From Candidatus Marinacidobacterales bacterium (GTDB lineage: Bacteria > Acidobacteriota > Vicinamibacteria > Marinacidobacterales > SMYC01): a DNA stretch of 64,000 nt. The stretch is from contig CBDCYI010000011.1 in NCBI GenBank assembly GCA_965224085.1, positions 320,001 through 384,000 of the forward strand. Reading direction: 5' to 3'. Below, in pieces: positions 39,910 through 51,144 of this stretch; position 1 is the stretch's first letter; the number at the start of each line of letters is the position of its first letter. The notes below the pieces were generated by a model that had not been told where the DNA came from, did no database searches, and saw only the letters and a program-made list of their open reading frames with translations. The position numbers and the translations under genes are program-made.

Positions 39910-40594
39910 TTAACGCGCTCGAACCGGCTTCAAGTCGTTTGGGGACGGCGGCTCGTCTTGGAGCGTTTCCGCCACGCGTTCCATCTCCCGCATCGCGCGC
40001 AACAAGTTGAGCCCCGCGATCTTCTTGACATCCTCATCCGCATAGCCGCGCCTGAGCAGCTCCACCAATAGGTCGGGAAATTTCGTGATGTCCTCGAGGC
40101 CCTCGGCCATCGACGGTCCGCCGGCATCGTAGTAGTCGGAGCCGATACCCACGTGGTCGATGCCGGCAGTGTTCTTGATGTGCTCGATGTGGTCGGCCAC
40201 GTCGGCGATCGTTCCGCGCGGCGCTGGGTGCTCCGCGACCCAAGCTTGCAGACGCCGCGCCACATCTCGCTCATCGTCGAGCTCCCCTCGAAGCTCTTCG
40301 GCAAGCGCGTCCCGCCGCGCCGTCCAGACGGGCTCGTCCGCCGAGCGGCCCGCTTCGGGGCCGATCGCATCGCGCTCGGCTGGATTGGTCGGCACGACAT
40401 AGCCGGGGATGAAGTTCACCATGACCACGCCTCCATTTTCGGCAAGCCGTCGCAATACATCGTCCGGCACGTTCCTCGGGTGAACGTTCACGGACCTGGC
40501 GTTCGAATGCGAGAAAATCACGGGCGCCCGCGAGACGCGTAGCGCATCGTGCATCGTCTTCGCGCTGACATGCGAGAGGTCGGCGAACATACCT
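39910..40594 (-). pseudogene. M19 membrane dipeptidase, C-terminal half, cut by an IS
   Basis: [36 protein letters not shown]. Confidence 0.85.
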
Positions 40595-41844
40595 TGTCCC
40601 TTCTACTTATTCATCCGCGCGCGTCGCGATGGTCTTTTTCGCCCACCGACGTCAGTATCCCGGCATGATTTGGTCGCTTCTCTGCTCGCTCATCTCAACT
40701 CTCAAAACCCGACGCTCGCTTGCCCTTGAGAATCTCGCTCTCCGGCAGCAGCTCGCCGTGCTCCAACGTTCGGTGAAACGACCGCAGTTGTCGAATGTGG
40801 ACCGTGGTTTCTGTGTGCTGTTGCGAAGATTCTGGACCGACTGGGCCAGGGTCCTCGTCATCGTGAAGCCCGAGACCGTTGTCCGGTGGCACCGCTCTGG
40901 GTTCAAACGCTACTGGACTTGGAAGAGCCGGAGGCGCCGGCCGGGTCGACCTCGCGTCGCTCCGGAAGTGCGCGAGCTGATCCGGGACATTTCCCGAGCC
41001 AATCCGCTGTGGGGAGCGCCACGCGTGCACGGCGAACTCACGAAGTTGGGCATAACCATTTCCCAGTCCGCCGTGTCCAAGTACATGACGCGGCCGCGAA
41101 AACCACCGTCTCAGGCGTGGCGGAGCTTTCTCGATAACCATGTCAAGGACTTGGTCTCCGTCGATTTCTTCACCTTGCCGACTGCCACGTTCAGGATTTT
41201 GTTCGTCTTCATCGTCCTTCGTCACGATCGCCGCCGTATCGTTCACTTCAACGTCACCGACCACCCTTCTGCTGAGTGGACGGCGCAGCAAGTCGTCGAC
41301 GCCTTTCCATGGGAAACCGCGCCTCGCTATTTGCTGCGGGACCGCGATGGCGTCTATGGTCCGTACTTCATCCGGCGCGTCGAAGGCCTCGGCATCGACG
41401 AGGTTCGGACGGCGCCGCGCTCGCCTTGGCAAAATCCGTACGTCGAAAGGGTGATTGGTAGCATTCGCCGCAAGTGTCTCGATCACGTGATCATTCTTGA
41501 CGAGCGACACCTCAGGCGAGTCCTACGAGAGTACGCCGACTACTATCATTCCTGCCGGACTCATTTGTCGCTCGGGAAGGACGCGCCTGAACCTCGTGCC
41601 GTTCATCCGCCGTCGATGGGCAAAGTGACCGCCGTACCAAAGATCGGCGGTCTCCATCATTATTATAGTCGTCTCGCTGCGTAAACATCTGCTTTTGAAG
41701 GCGGCGGCCTTCTTCCCAATTGCGCGTTGCCTCACGAGAGCTCCGATTCCGTGGCCGCGGCGGCAACGCGGTGGACGCGCCGGACAATCGCACCGAGAGT
41801 CGAGCAGAGCGAGCTGAGCGCGGATCAAGTTTATGGAAGGCACA
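40595..41844 (+). mobile_element. IS481-like element with integrase-core (rve) transposase
   Basis: TGT..ACA ends (TGTCCCTTC vs reverse complement TGTGCCTTC); no target duplication. Confidence 0.7.
40665..41684 (+). CDS. Integrase core domain transposase
   Basis: ENLALRQQL, NPLWGAPR, DFF, LRDRD, SPWQNPYVER. Confidence 0.9.
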   Translation: MIWSLLCSLISTLKTRRSLALENLALRQQLAVLQRSVKRPQLSNVDRGFCVLLRRFWTDWARVLVIVKPETVVRWHRSGFKRYWTWKSRRRRPGRPRVAPEVRELIRDISRANPLWGAPRVHGELTKLGITISQSAVSKYMTRPRKPPSQAWRSFLDNHVKDLVSVDFFTLPTATFRILFVFIVLRHDRRRIVHFNVTDHPSAEWTAQQVVDAFPWETAPRYLLRDRDGVYGPYFIRRVEGLGIDEVRTAPRSPWQNPYVERVIGSIRRKCLDHVIILDERHLRRVLREYADYYHSCRTHLSLGKDAPEPRAVHPPSMGKVTAVPKIGGLHHYYSRLAA

Positions 41845-42258
41845 ACGCCCTCGTCGAGGTCTTCCTTTAATAATGACAAGTGGAGTCGGGTGTGCTCGTT
41901 GTCGGTCGTAACGGACAAGCGTGCATCCATGGCATAGAGGTGGTCGTCGAGCCCTTCAACCTGGCGCATCCCGTAAGCCACACCGGCGGCAAGCCCGGAT
42001 TTGCCTTCGGGTTCGTCGAGTCGGCTCGCGCCAATGAGCGCCGTCAGCCACCGTCGCGGTGTTCGGGTCTATAGCGATGAAGGCGACGAGGCCTTCGTCG
42101 AGCTCGATGCGAAAGTCATCCGGGGCCGGTAGAACGAATCGGCTGTCGCCGAGCTCGATGACTTCGGGCGGCTCAAAGGGGATCGGATCGCGTTGGGCGT
42201 GGGCGCTCCATCCAGAAAGACTGACCCCAAGAGCGAGCAAAAAGATGCGGCCGCTCAT
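41845..42258 (-). pseudogene. M16 peptidase subunit, N-terminal fragment, frameshifted and cut by the IS
   Basis: Signal peptide; FRIELDEGLVAFIAID; EPEGKSGLA; LSLLKEDLDEG. Confidence 0.65.
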
Positions 42259-42955
42259 TGCAACGGCTTCCGTGTGGCGACGCCGACGATGCGGTTCGTT
42301 TTTGCGAGATATTTCTTCGCGGTCGCCTGTAACTCGCCGGCCGTCACTTCTTGAAGCGCGTCCATCTCGCGAAAGAGCGTTTGCCAGCTATCCATGATTG
42401 CGTAGTGCCCCATGTCGAAGGCGACGTCGTCCCAGTTCAACCGGCGCCGCTCCCAATAGGCGCGCCGGCGCTTCTTCGCGGCGCGGATGACGTCGTCAGC
42501 GATCCGCTCGGTCCGCAGACTCTCCATCGCGCCGATCATGGCCGGCTCCAGGGCTTCGAGGTTACTTCCATGCGCGACGACGTTGAGCGTGGCGGGGAAG
42601 CTGAACCGGTTCGTGTGGGTCACGACGGTGTTGGAGGCGAGGCTTGTAGCAAGGCCTTCACCCACCGTGGCCGCGCCAATCGGGCCGCGCGCGTCGCCGA
42701 GGATCTCACCGAGTAGCTCGACCGCGGGCCTGTCAGGATGACCGACGCCTGGGATGCGGTGACGGATGTCGAGGGCCGGCCCGAAATCGGGCGTCTGCAT
42801 CTCAACGCGCACGTAGTGGTCTGGGCGCGGTTCGACGGCGAACGTGTCGTGGGTCTCCTCGCTGCGCGGGATGCGGTCGAAATATTTTTTAGTGAGCCGC
42901 TCGGCTTGGGCATGGTCGAAGCGAGCAAGAAAAGCCCCAAGAATGCAAAGCTCAT
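42255..42955 (-). pseudogene. M16 peptidase with a large internal deletion
   Basis: Signal peptide MSFAFLGLFLLA joined to KYFDRIP..HPDRPAVELLGEILG..VTAGELQATAKKYL. Confidence 0.7.
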
Positions 42956-45003
42956 ATGTCCTCCTGGGATAGTTGCAGCAAGAATGCGTAGACGAGCGCC
43001 GTTTCCCTGTGGCGTTTGAAACGGCCGGATGCGCCCCCGTGGCCGGCGTCCATATTGGTTTTCAAGAGCAGTCGATGGTCGTCTGTTTTCATCGCGCGGA
43101 GCCTCGCCACCCACTTTGCAGGCTCCCAGTACTGCACCTGCGAGTCATGGAGGCCCGTTGTTACGAGCAGATGCGGGTAGGCCTTCGGCTCGATATTGTC
43201 ATAGGGCGAGTAGGACAAGATGTAGTCGTAGTACTGCTTGTCGTTGGGGTTGCCCCACTCGTCATATTCTCCGGTTGTGAGCGGAATGCTGTCGTCGAGC
43301 ATCGTCGTTACCACATCGACGAACGGCACCTCGGCGACCACGCCTCGGAAGAGATCCGGCCGCATATTGATGACCGCGCCCATCAGGAGACCGCCTGCGC
43401 TTCCGCCCCACGCGTAGAGCCGCTCGGGATCGGCGTAGCCGTTCGAGACGAGGTGTTGGCCGCATGCGATGAAATCGGTGAACGTGTTTTTCTTCTCGAG
43501 GAGCTTGCCGTGGTCGTACCACGCTCGGCCCACCTCCTCGCCGCCGCGGATATGGGCGATCGCATAGACGAACCCGCGATCGAGAAGGCTGATGCGTGGC
43601 CCCGAGAACGTGGCCTCCATCGTGATGCCGTAGGAGCCGTAGCCGTAGAGCAGAAGTGGCGGCGAGCTTTCGAGCTTCGTGTCTTTTCGATAAACGAGCG
43701 AGATGGGAACGGCGGTCCTATCTGCCGCTTTCGCCATCAGGCGCTCGGAGACATAGGCGCTGTGATCGAAACCGCCGAGGATTTTGTCTTGCTTCAGAAG
43801 CGAGCGTTTTCTCGACGCCATGTCGTAGTCGAAGGTCGAGCGCGGTGTCGTCATGGATGTATAGCCGAAGCGCAGCAAGGTCGTGTCGAGCTCGACGTTG
43901 GCTGTTGGATAAGCGTAATAGGCCGGCTCGTCGAACTCCAAATAGTGCTCGTCGGAACCGTTCCACGGGATGACACGGATCTTGCGAAGACCCTCGTGCC
44001 TTTCGACGAGCACGATGTATTCCTGGAAGATCGTGAAAGTCTCGAGCAGTACGTCCTCACGATGAGGGATGACCTCTTCCCAGGAGTCTTTCTCCGGCGC
44101 ATCGACGGACGTTTTCATCAATCGAGAATTCAGCGCGTTCCAGTTCGTCAGGATGAAGAAGTGGTCCTCGAAGTGGCTCGCGTCATATTCGTGCTTGCGC
44201 TCGCGCTCTTGAAATATCTGAAAGCTGCCGTCCGGCTCGTCGGCGCGGATGTATCGATACTCGCTCGAGAGTGTCTGCTGCGAGGCAATGAAGATGTAGC
44301 GCTTCGACTTGGTCTTGAAGACGCGAACGTCGAAGGTCTCGTCGGCCTCTTCGAAGACGAGCACGTCGTTGGCCGGATCGTCGCCGAGACGGTGGCGATA
44401 GATCTGATAGGAGCGCAGCGTCTCGGTGTGTTGTTTGGAATAGAAGACGGTTTCGTTGTCGTTTGCCCAAGCGACGTTTCCCGTGACGTCCTTGAGGACG
44501 TCTTCGAGCAGCTCTCCCGTCTCGAGATTCTTGAAATAGACGTCATAGATGCGGCGGCCGCGCGTGTCGACGGCGTAGGCAACGAGAATCTGGTTGGCGC
44601 TCAATCCTGAGAGTGACAGGCTCAGTGCGAAATATTCGTGGCCTTCGGCGAGCGCGTTCCCGTCGACGAGAATTTCTTCCGACGCTTCTAGGGATTCGCG
44701 TTTACGGCAGTGGACTGCGTATTCGTTCCCCTCCTCGAAGCGATGGTAGTAGTAGTAATCCTCTTTCCGATACGGAACGGAGATCTCGTTGGGCTCGAGA
44801 CGCGTTTTGATCTCTTCGAAGAGCTCCTCTTGCAGCCCCTCCGTCGGCGCCATCATCTCTTTCGTGTAAGCGTTCTCCGCTTCGAGATAAGCGGTGACTT
44901 CAGGATTCTCCCGATCGTTGAGCCAGAAATAGGGATCCGCACGGCTATCGCCATGCGCTTCTAATATGTGGGGCTTTTTCTCTGCGACCGGCGGTGTGGG
45001 CAT
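42952..45003 (-). CDS. ptrB: Oligopeptidase B (S9A)
   Basis: DPYFWL, YGYGSYG, GGSAGGLL, HDSQVQYWEPAKW, AGHGG. Confidence 0.95.
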   Translation of the reverse strand: MPTPPVAEKKPHILEAHGDSRADPYFWLNDRENPEVTAYLEAENAYTKEMMAPTEGLQEELFEEIKTRLEPNEISVPYRKEDYYYYHRFEEGNEYAVHCRKRESLEASEEILVDGNALAEGHEYFALSLSLSGLSANQILVAYAVDTRGRRIYDVYFKNLETGELLEDVLKDVTGNVAWANDNETVFYSKQHTETLRSYQIYRHRLGDDPANDVLVFEEADETFDVRVFKTKSKRYIFIASQQTLSSEYRYIRADEPDGSFQIFQERERKHEYDASHFEDHFFILTNWNALNSRLMKTSVDAPEKDSWEEVIPHREDVLLETFTIFQEYIVLVERHEGLRKIRVIPWNGSDEHYLEFDEPAYYAYPTANVELDTTLLRFGYTSMTTPRSTFDYDMASRKRSLLKQDKILGGFDHSAYVSERLMAKAADRTAVPISLVYRKDTKLESSPPLLLYGYGSYGITMEATFSGPRISLLDRGFVYAIAHIRGGEEVGRAWYDHGKLLEKKNTFTDFIACGQHLVSNGYADPERLYAWGGSAGGLLMGAVINMRPDLFRGVVAEVPFVDVVTTMLDDSIPLTTGEYDEWGNPNDKQYYDYILSYSPYDNIEPKAYPHLLVTTGLHDSQVQYWEPAKWVARLRAMKTDDHRLLLKTNMDAGHGGASGRFKRHRETALVYAFLLQLSQEDI

Positions 45004-47418
45004 CTAACGATCTGTGGCTCCCGCCGGTGCGAGCACCGTCCGGCTCTCCGTGACGGACTCGATCTTCTCACGCGAGAAAAAAAGCGGGAAGTACTGGCCT
45101 TTGACGAACAGCTCGAAGAGATCTCGGTAGTGCGGGCTGTCCGGGTTGCCCGCCTGTCCTGGCGCCGTCGTCCCGATCGAGTTGTCCCAGTTAGCGACGT
45201 CCATGATGACGCGGAACGACGCGCCGGAGCGCTGATTGTCACGGCCGCTCGTGTTGTTGAGCGTCGAGTCGTAGCCGCCGCGCGGCGCCGGGCCGACGTC
45301 GAGCTTCTCGCGCGTGACCGCGTCGACCGCGGGACTCAGCGGATGGTGGATGAGGACGTGTTTGAACGCCTCTTGTCCGTATTGCCAACCGGTCATGTCC
45401 GAGCCGAGACGCTCGGTCAAGCTTGCAATCGCTTCGGAGAAGCTTTTCGCCAAAACTTCGTCGCGTCCGGCAATCGGCTGCTCGCCGAAACGGCCGTCGG
45501 GCGCGACGAGCCAGTCGATGACGCGTTTCTTGTTGAGGCGCGTGATGGCGGGGAGCGCCGCTTCGGGAACGACGAGCTCGCGCACGTTCTCCATGAGCTC
45601 GCGCTCGAAGCTCACATAAATCGCGGCCGCGACGGAATCCTTGTCGACGACGTAGTCCCAGTCGCCGAGCTTTTCGAGCGCGGCCCTCTCGCGCGCATCC
45701 GAAGGTGCTACGTCCATCAAGAGCGGCACGATACTGCGCGCCGGAACCGAGAGCTCGTCGTGCTGGAACTGCATCATGTCGACGATCGTGAACCGGCGTC
45801 CCGAGGCCATCAGCTCGTCGACGCGTAGCCCGCGCATCTCGTCGCCCCACGTGTAGTGAATCGCCGACGGATAGGGATAGTCGTCCGGCAGCATGAAGTT
45901 ATTGGCCGTCCCCCAATAGCCTTTCTCCGGGTTGTTTACCCGCGGAAGTGCGTTGATCGGGAGATACCCCTCCCACTCGTAGCGTCCGTCTCCGGGAACC
46001 GGGACGAGGCCGCTCCAATGCGGGCGAATCGGTGAGATGCCGACCGCCTGATAGCCGATATTCTTGTAAATGTCGCCCCAGATCATGTTCTCGGCTGGGA
46101 TGCGGCTGTAAGAGCAAGCTTCGACGAACTCTTCCCACGTCTGGGCCTGGTTCATGCGCAAGCTCGCGAGGTAAGGGGAGTTTCCAATCTCCATCCACGC
46201 CGCGCGGAGCGCATAGGCTTTGTGGTGCTCTTGGTCCTCGAATAATACCGGGCCGTGGCGGGTGTATTTGAGCTCGACAGTGTCGGGAGATTCGCCTTTG
46301 ATGGCGATCGAGTCCTTGATGACCCGCATGTCTTCCCAGCCGTCGAGATAGCGGTACTGGTTTGGGTTTCTCGGGTTCGTCTCGTAAACGTAGAGGTCTT
46401 CGTTGTCCTGCCCGAACACTGTGAGACCCCAAGCGCCGAATTCGTTGTGGCCGATCGAGATACCCGGAAGCACCGGCTCGCCACCGCCAATCACGTTCCA
46501 GCCGGGTGCTTTGAGATGCACGAAGTAGCGCAGTGATGGCGCCGCAAGCACCCGGTGCGGATCGTTCACGACATAAGGAAAGCCGGTCTGGGTGAAGCGG
46601 CCGCTCACGACCCAGTTGTTCGAGCCGATTGCGTCCGTACCGTCGCCATTCGAGATGAACACTTCTCGAGCTGCGGCGAGACGTCCGTGAGACGCGTCGT
46701 CGTTACGATAGGCGGCTACCACGTCGTCCGGCTTGAACTCGATGGGGCGACGAAACGCCTCGTAATAATGAAGAATTTCGTCCTCGAGGCGCGCGCCATC
46801 GATGGCGGGGTCGAGCGCGAGCACGGGCTCGCCGGGCCGAAACCAATCGAGCTCCCGGACTTTTTCGGGACCGATGGCGGCCACGGCGCGGCCGATACGA
46901 AGCTCCCTGGTCACGTTCGACAGCAGGCCTTGATGCCGCGAGATGACGACGGCGGGCGTCCACTTGCCGGGCTTGATGCCGAGAAGCTTGAATGCCATCG
47001 ACAAGAGGTCGGGATCGCGTTCGGTCTCGTCGATGAAGGCGTTGATGCCGTCGACGTAGGCGTTGATGATGGCCTCGCCGTGCGGGTGGTAGTGCTTGAG
47101 CTCCTGGGTCATATCTTTTCGGAACATGTGCAGCCGTGTCCCGATGTCGCGATCGAGCTCGCGCCGCCCTAGGATCTCCGCGACCGTCCCCGTCGCCTGG
47201 CGTCTCCAGAGCTCGAACTGAAACGTGCGGTCTTTTGCCGCGCTGTAGCCCTGAGCGAAAAAGAGATCGTGCTCGTTTTTCGCGTAGATATGCGCCACGC
47301 CCCAACGATCCGTGAGGATCTCGACCGTATCTTTCAAACCGGGGACGCCCGGCTCTTGTGCGCTCGGAAGCGCGGGAAACAAAACGATCAAAAAGAAGAA
47401 AAATCGGACGTTTTTCAT
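45004..47418 (-). CDS. Penicillin acylase family (S45) Ntn hydrolase
   Basis: Signal peptide from ATG 47418; DRWGVAHIYA, GSNNW, NDPH. Confidence 0.92.
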   Translation of the reverse strand: MKNVRFFFFLIVLFPALPSAQEPGVPGLKDTVEILTDRWGVAHIYAKNEHDLFFAQGYSAAKDRTFQFELWRRQATGTVAEILGRRELDRDIGTRLHMFRKDMTQELKHYHPHGEAIINAYVDGINAFIDETERDPDLLSMAFKLLGIKPGKWTPAVVISRHQGLLSNVTRELRIGRAVAAIGPEKVRELDWFRPGEPVLALDPAIDGARLEDEILHYYEAFRRPIEFKPDDVVAAYRNDDASHGRLAAAREVFISNGDGTDAIGSNNWVVSGRFTQTGFPYVVNDPHRVLAAPSLRYFVHLKAPGWNVIGGGEPVLPGISIGHNEFGAWGLTVFGQDNEDLYVYETNPRNPNQYRYLDGWEDMRVIKDSIAIKGESPDTVELKYTRHGPVLFEDQEHHKAYALRAAWMEIGNSPYLASLRMNQAQTWEEFVEACSYSRIPAENMIWGDIYKNIGYQAVGISPIRPHWSGLVPVPGDGRYEWEGYLPINALPRVNNPEKGYWGTANNFMLPDDYPYPSAIHYTWGDEMRGLRVDELMASGRRFTIVDMMQFQHDELSVPARSIVPLLMDVAPSDARERAALEKLGDWDYVVDKDSVAAAIYVSFERELMENVRELVVPEAALPAITRLNKKRVIDWLVAPDGRFGEQPIAGRDEVLAKSFSEAIASLTERLGSDMTGWQYGQEAFKHVLIHHPLSPAVDAVTREKLDVGPAPRGGYDSTLNNTSGRDNQRSGASFRVIMDVANWDNSIGTTAPGQAGNPDSPHYRDLFELFVKGQYFPLFFSREKIESVTESRTVLAPAGATDR

Positions 47419-47420
47419 GG

Positions 47421-47790
47421 TTATTCCTCTGTGGACGATGGCGCGGCTTCGAGCTTGCGGTCGATAAAATCGGCCGCCGCGCGAAAAGCCTTCAGGTTCT
47501 CGTGGAGCAAGAATCCATGGACCTCGTCGGGAAAGACGAGCTCTTCGTAGTCCACATCCCGTTTGGCGAGCGCTTCGGCGAGATCCACCGACTCGCTGAA
47601 GGGGACATTCCGATCGTCGTCGCCGTGAATCAAGAGCACGGGCGCGCGCCATCCGTCGATGGATGCCATGGGTGACGATTCGAAAGCGAGCCGGGCAAAG
47701 GCGGCTTGCTTCTCGGCGTCGTAGGTCGGAACGAAGTTTCGGATCACGATATTCCAGTCATGGACTCCCTGGATGTCGACGGCGGCGGCG
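47421..47790 (-). pseudogene. S9 peptidase, C-terminal fragment
   Basis: VDIQGVHDW, SSP, LLIHGDDDRNV, PDEVHGF. Confidence 0.85.
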
Positions 47791-47886
47791 ATCAAGAAGC
47801 GGCGTAACACGGCGGACCCACTGAATCGTGGCAATGTCGCGCATGATATCCGCCGGCTGAGGCGGGAACAAGCGGGCGATCGCTGG

Positions 47887-48495
47887 CTAGCCCGGCGCGG
47901 CCGAGCCAGGAAACGGCTTCCTTTCGTCGCCACGATACCGCTCGCGCACGAAGAGCGGTCCCCACGCCGCCACGCTCCCCGCAACGACGGTGAAAGCGAA
48001 CCAGACCGTCAGCTGCGGCAGCGTTCCCGCGAGCACGTTGTAGGGCGAGACGTCGAAGACGGTGTCCCAGCCGCCGAGGGTGGCGGCGAGCATCGTTACA
48101 ATCACCGGAAGGCGCGCCGCAAACGCGTAGGTGAGGAGAGCGTTTCCGAGCCTTGGCCACGTCCGTCGTACAAGGATGACGGCGATGAGCGACAAAAGCC
48201 CCATCCCTCCGGACGTTGGGCGTAGCAGGATGAGCCCGGCGACGAAGAGCACGAGCGGCAGAAGTGTGCCGCGGAGCAGCTGCGCTGCGCTCGGTGTGAA
48301 ACGGTCTACTCTCTGCAGATGAAGCGCGAAATAGGCGCCAAAGAGAGGAACGAGCCACGCGATCTCGACGGGCAGCCCCATCTCGGACCAGCCGAGGAGA
48401 TCTCCGGTAAGCTGCAGCTGAGTGAGCGCAAGGGTCACGAGGGCAGGCACCAGGACCAGTCGCGGTATGGATTGGCGACGACGTTCCGGGCTCAT
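47887..48495 (-). CDS. Hypothetical membrane protein
   Basis: Multiple TM segments; GGAGGAG RBS. Confidence 0.6.
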   Translation of the reverse strand: MSPERRRQSIPRLVLVPALVTLALTQLQLTGDLLGWSEMGLPVEIAWLVPLFGAYFALHLQRVDRFTPSAAQLLRGTLLPLVLFVAGLILLRPTSGGMGLLSLIAVILVRRTWPRLGNALLTYAFAARLPVIVTMLAATLGGWDTVFDVSPYNVLAGTLPQLTVWFAFTVVAGSVAAWGPLFVRERYRGDERKPFPGSAAPG

Positions 48496-48530
48496 AGGCA
48501 CTCCTCCCTCGGCGCGGCTGAACACTATTA

Positions 48531-49463
48531 TTACGTTGACGGCAGCGTTTTGTTCCCTTCGGCGGCTCGAATGAGGTGAAACAATAGCTCGTTTTGGGGG
48601 GCGGCGACGCCGAGAGCACGGGCGCGGTCCAAGAGCGCTCCGTTGATGGCGTCGATCTCGGTTCGCCGCCCTCGCTCTAGATCCTGTAACATGCTGGATT
48701 TGTTGTCTTTAGTAGCGCGCGCGACGCTCCAGATCTTCTCGAGGGTGGCGTTCTCCTCGAGCGCGATGCCTGCGGCATGCGCGATCGCGACGGACTCGTG
48801 AACGATAAGGCGGACGGCGCTTTCGAGGGCGGGGTCGCCGATGAGCTCCCCCGTGCGCTTTACGAGCAGCGCCGTGAGCGGGTTCACGGCCGCGTTGAGG
48901 ACGACTTTGAGCCAGATTCTGGCCCGGATGTCGTCAACCGCGCGCGCTTCAAGACCAGTCTCGCGAAACGCAGAGGCGACACGTTCGGCATCACCGGGCT
49001 TTGTTCCCTGAAAGGCTCCGAGCTCGGTCTCGCCTTCGCCGGCATGATAGACGGCACCCGGCTCCAAGAACGTCACACCCTGGTTGATCACGGCGCCGAG
49101 AACGTTCTCAGCCCGTTCTGCGAGAATCTCTTCGTTCCCGAGACCGTTCTGGAGCGACACGAATATCGATTGTTTCGAGAACCGTGCGAGAGCTTGGACC
49201 GCTCCTGCCGTGCCGTAGGATTTGGTCGTGACGAGCACGACGTCGGGTGGTGTTTCGGTCGGTTCCGTGACGGCCTCGATCTTTGTTGCGACGCACTCCG
49301 TACGCCCCGTCACACGCAGGCCGGACGTGCGGATGGCCAAAACGTGCTCGCTACGGCCGACTAGGGTGACGTTATGGGCAGCGGATAGTCGTGCGGCTAC
49401 GAGGCTTCCCAAAGCTCCGGCGCCAAAGACCATGAATCGCACGAGTGTTTGTGATAGAAGCAT
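48531..49463 (-). CDS. panE: 2-dehydropantoate 2-reductase
   Basis: GAGALG, LQNGLG, WLKVVLNAAVN, SSMLQD, TEIDAING. Confidence 0.92.
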   Translation of the reverse strand: MLLSQTLVRFMVFGAGALGSLVAARLSAAHNVTLVGRSEHVLAIRTSGLRVTGRTECVATKIEAVTEPTETPPDVVLVTTKSYGTAGAVQALARFSKQSIFVSLQNGLGNEEILAERAENVLGAVINQGVTFLEPGAVYHAGEGETELGAFQGTKPGDAERVASAFRETGLEARAVDDIRARIWLKVVLNAAVNPLTALLVKRTGELIGDPALESAVRLIVHESVAIAHAAGIALEENATLEKIWSVARATKDNKSSMLQDLERGRRTEIDAINGALLDRARALGVAAPQNELLFHLIRAAEGNKTLPST

Positions 49464-49500
49464 GCCGAAACGCTAGTTGCAACTGGAGACAAGAAAAAAG

Positions 49501-51144
49501 ATGCGAAGCGATGCGATCAAGAAAGGTGTCTCTCGAGCGCCCGCGCGGGCCATGTTCAAAGCTATGGGTCTCACCGACGACGACCTCGAACGCCCTCTCA
49601 TCGGTGTGGCCAACACTTGGACCGAGCTCACCCCGTGCAATCTTCATCTACGCGATCTTGCCGTGCACGTGAAAGACGGCATCCGAACTGCGGGCGGAAC
49701 GCCGCTCGAGTTCAACACGATCACGATCTCGGACGGGATTACGATGGGCTCAGAAGGGATGCGCGCCTCGCTCGTCTCGCGCGAAATCGTGGCGGATTCG
49801 ATCGAGCTCGTGGTGAGCGGCCACATCCTCGACGGCGTCGTCGCCATCTCGGGTTGCGACAAGACCATACCGGGAACGGTCATGGCGCTCGCGCGGCTCG
49901 ATCTCCCGTCGCTCATGCTTTATGGCGGTTCGATTCTGCCCGGCCGCTATCACGGTAAAGACGTCACCATCCAGGACGTCTTCGAAGCCGTTGGCGCGTG
50001 CGCTGCCGGCGCCATGACGGAAAAAGAGCTGCACGATCTCGAGAACGTCGCCTGTCCCGGCGCAGGCGCGTGCGGAGGCCAGTTCACCGCGAACACGATG
50101 TCCACCGCCATGACGTTTCTAGGTATCTCGCCCATGGGCGCAAACGACGTCCCAGCGCTCGACGAGCGCAAAGGACCCGTCGCGTTCCGATGCGGCGAGC
50201 TCGTGATGAAGCTCGTCAACGAAGGCGTGAGCGCGCGGCGAATCATCACGCGCACGGCGCTTGTGAACGCCATCGCGTCGTTGGCGGCAACCGCTGGTTC
50301 GACGAACGCAGTGCTTCACTTGCTCGCGATTGCGCGGGAAGCGGAGGTAGAGCTATCGATTGACGACTTCGACCGCATCTCGGCGGCGACGCCCGTTATC
50401 GCGGACTTGAAGCCCGGCGGCCGCTTCACCGCGCCGGATGTCGACCGTGCGGGCGGCTTGCGCCTGCTCGTCAAACGCCTCTTCGATGGGGGTTTTCTAA
50501 AAGATGAAGTCACCGTGACCGGCAAGACGCTCCGTGAAGAAGCAGCTTCGGCGGACGAGACAGAAGGGCAAGAAGTGATCAAAGCACTCGACCATCCGAT
50601 CACGCCGCGGGGCGGCATCGCCATCCTTCGCGGCTCGCTCGCCCCGGAGGGCTCCGTCGTCAAGCTCGCGGGTCACGATCGCGTGCAGCACTCCGGTCCG
50701 GCTCTGGTCTTCGACAGTGAGGAAGACGCTTTCGCGGCGGTGCAGGACAAGAAGATCCAGGCGGGCGATGTCGTCGTCATTCGTTACGAAGGTCCCAAAG
50801 GAGGTCCCGGCATGCGAGAGATGCTTGGCGTCACCGCCGCTCTCGTCGGGCAAGGCCTCGGGGATTCGGTGGCGCTCATCACGGATGGCCGTTTTAGTGG
50901 AGCGACTCACGGCTTCATGGCGGGGCATATCGCTCCCGAAGCGGCCGATGGAGGACCGATAGCGCTCGTGCGCGATGGCGATACGATCACACTTGATGTA
51001 GACAAACGCCGCCTCGATGTCGATGCCGATCTAATAGCGCGCCGCGGGGAGCTGGCCATTCCCGAGCCGCGCTACAAGACCGGGGTCTTCGCTAAATACG
51101 TGAAGCTCGTAGCCTCCGCTTCGGAAGGTGCTGTCACGATTTGA
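49501..51144 (+). CDS. ilvD: Dihydroxy-acid dehydratase
   Basis: [38 protein letters not shown]. Confidence 0.97.
   Translation: MRSDAIKKGVSRAPARAMFKAMGLTDDDLERPLIGVANTWTELTPCNLHLRDLAVHVKDGIRTAGGTPLEFNTITISDGITMGSEGMRASLVSREIVADSIELVVSGHILDGVVAISGCDKTIPGTVMALARLDLPSLMLYGGSILPGRYHGKDVTIQDVFEAVGACAAGAMTEKELHDLENVACPGAGACGGQFTANTMSTAMTFLGISPMGANDVPALDERKGPVAFRCGELVMKLVNEGVSARRIITRTALVNAIASLAATAGSTNAVLHLLAIAREAEVELSIDDFDRISAATPVIADLKPGGRFTAPDVDRAGGLRLLVKRLFDGGFLKDEVTVTGKTLREEAASADETEGQEVIKALDHPITPRGGIAILRGSLAPEGSVVKLAGHDRVQHSGPALVFDSEEDAFAAVQDKKIQAGDVVVIRYEGPKGGPGMREMLGVTAALVGQGLGDSVALITDGRFSGATHGFMAGHIAPEAADGGPIALVRDGDTITLDVDKRRLDVDADLIARRGELAIPEPRYKTGVFAKYVKLVASASEGAVTI

Noticed and set aside
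42973-44610. Long + strand ORFs opposite ptrB, and similarly opposite nqrF, the amidase and the amidohydrolases
   Set aside because: These are GC-rich antisense shadows of well-supported genes.
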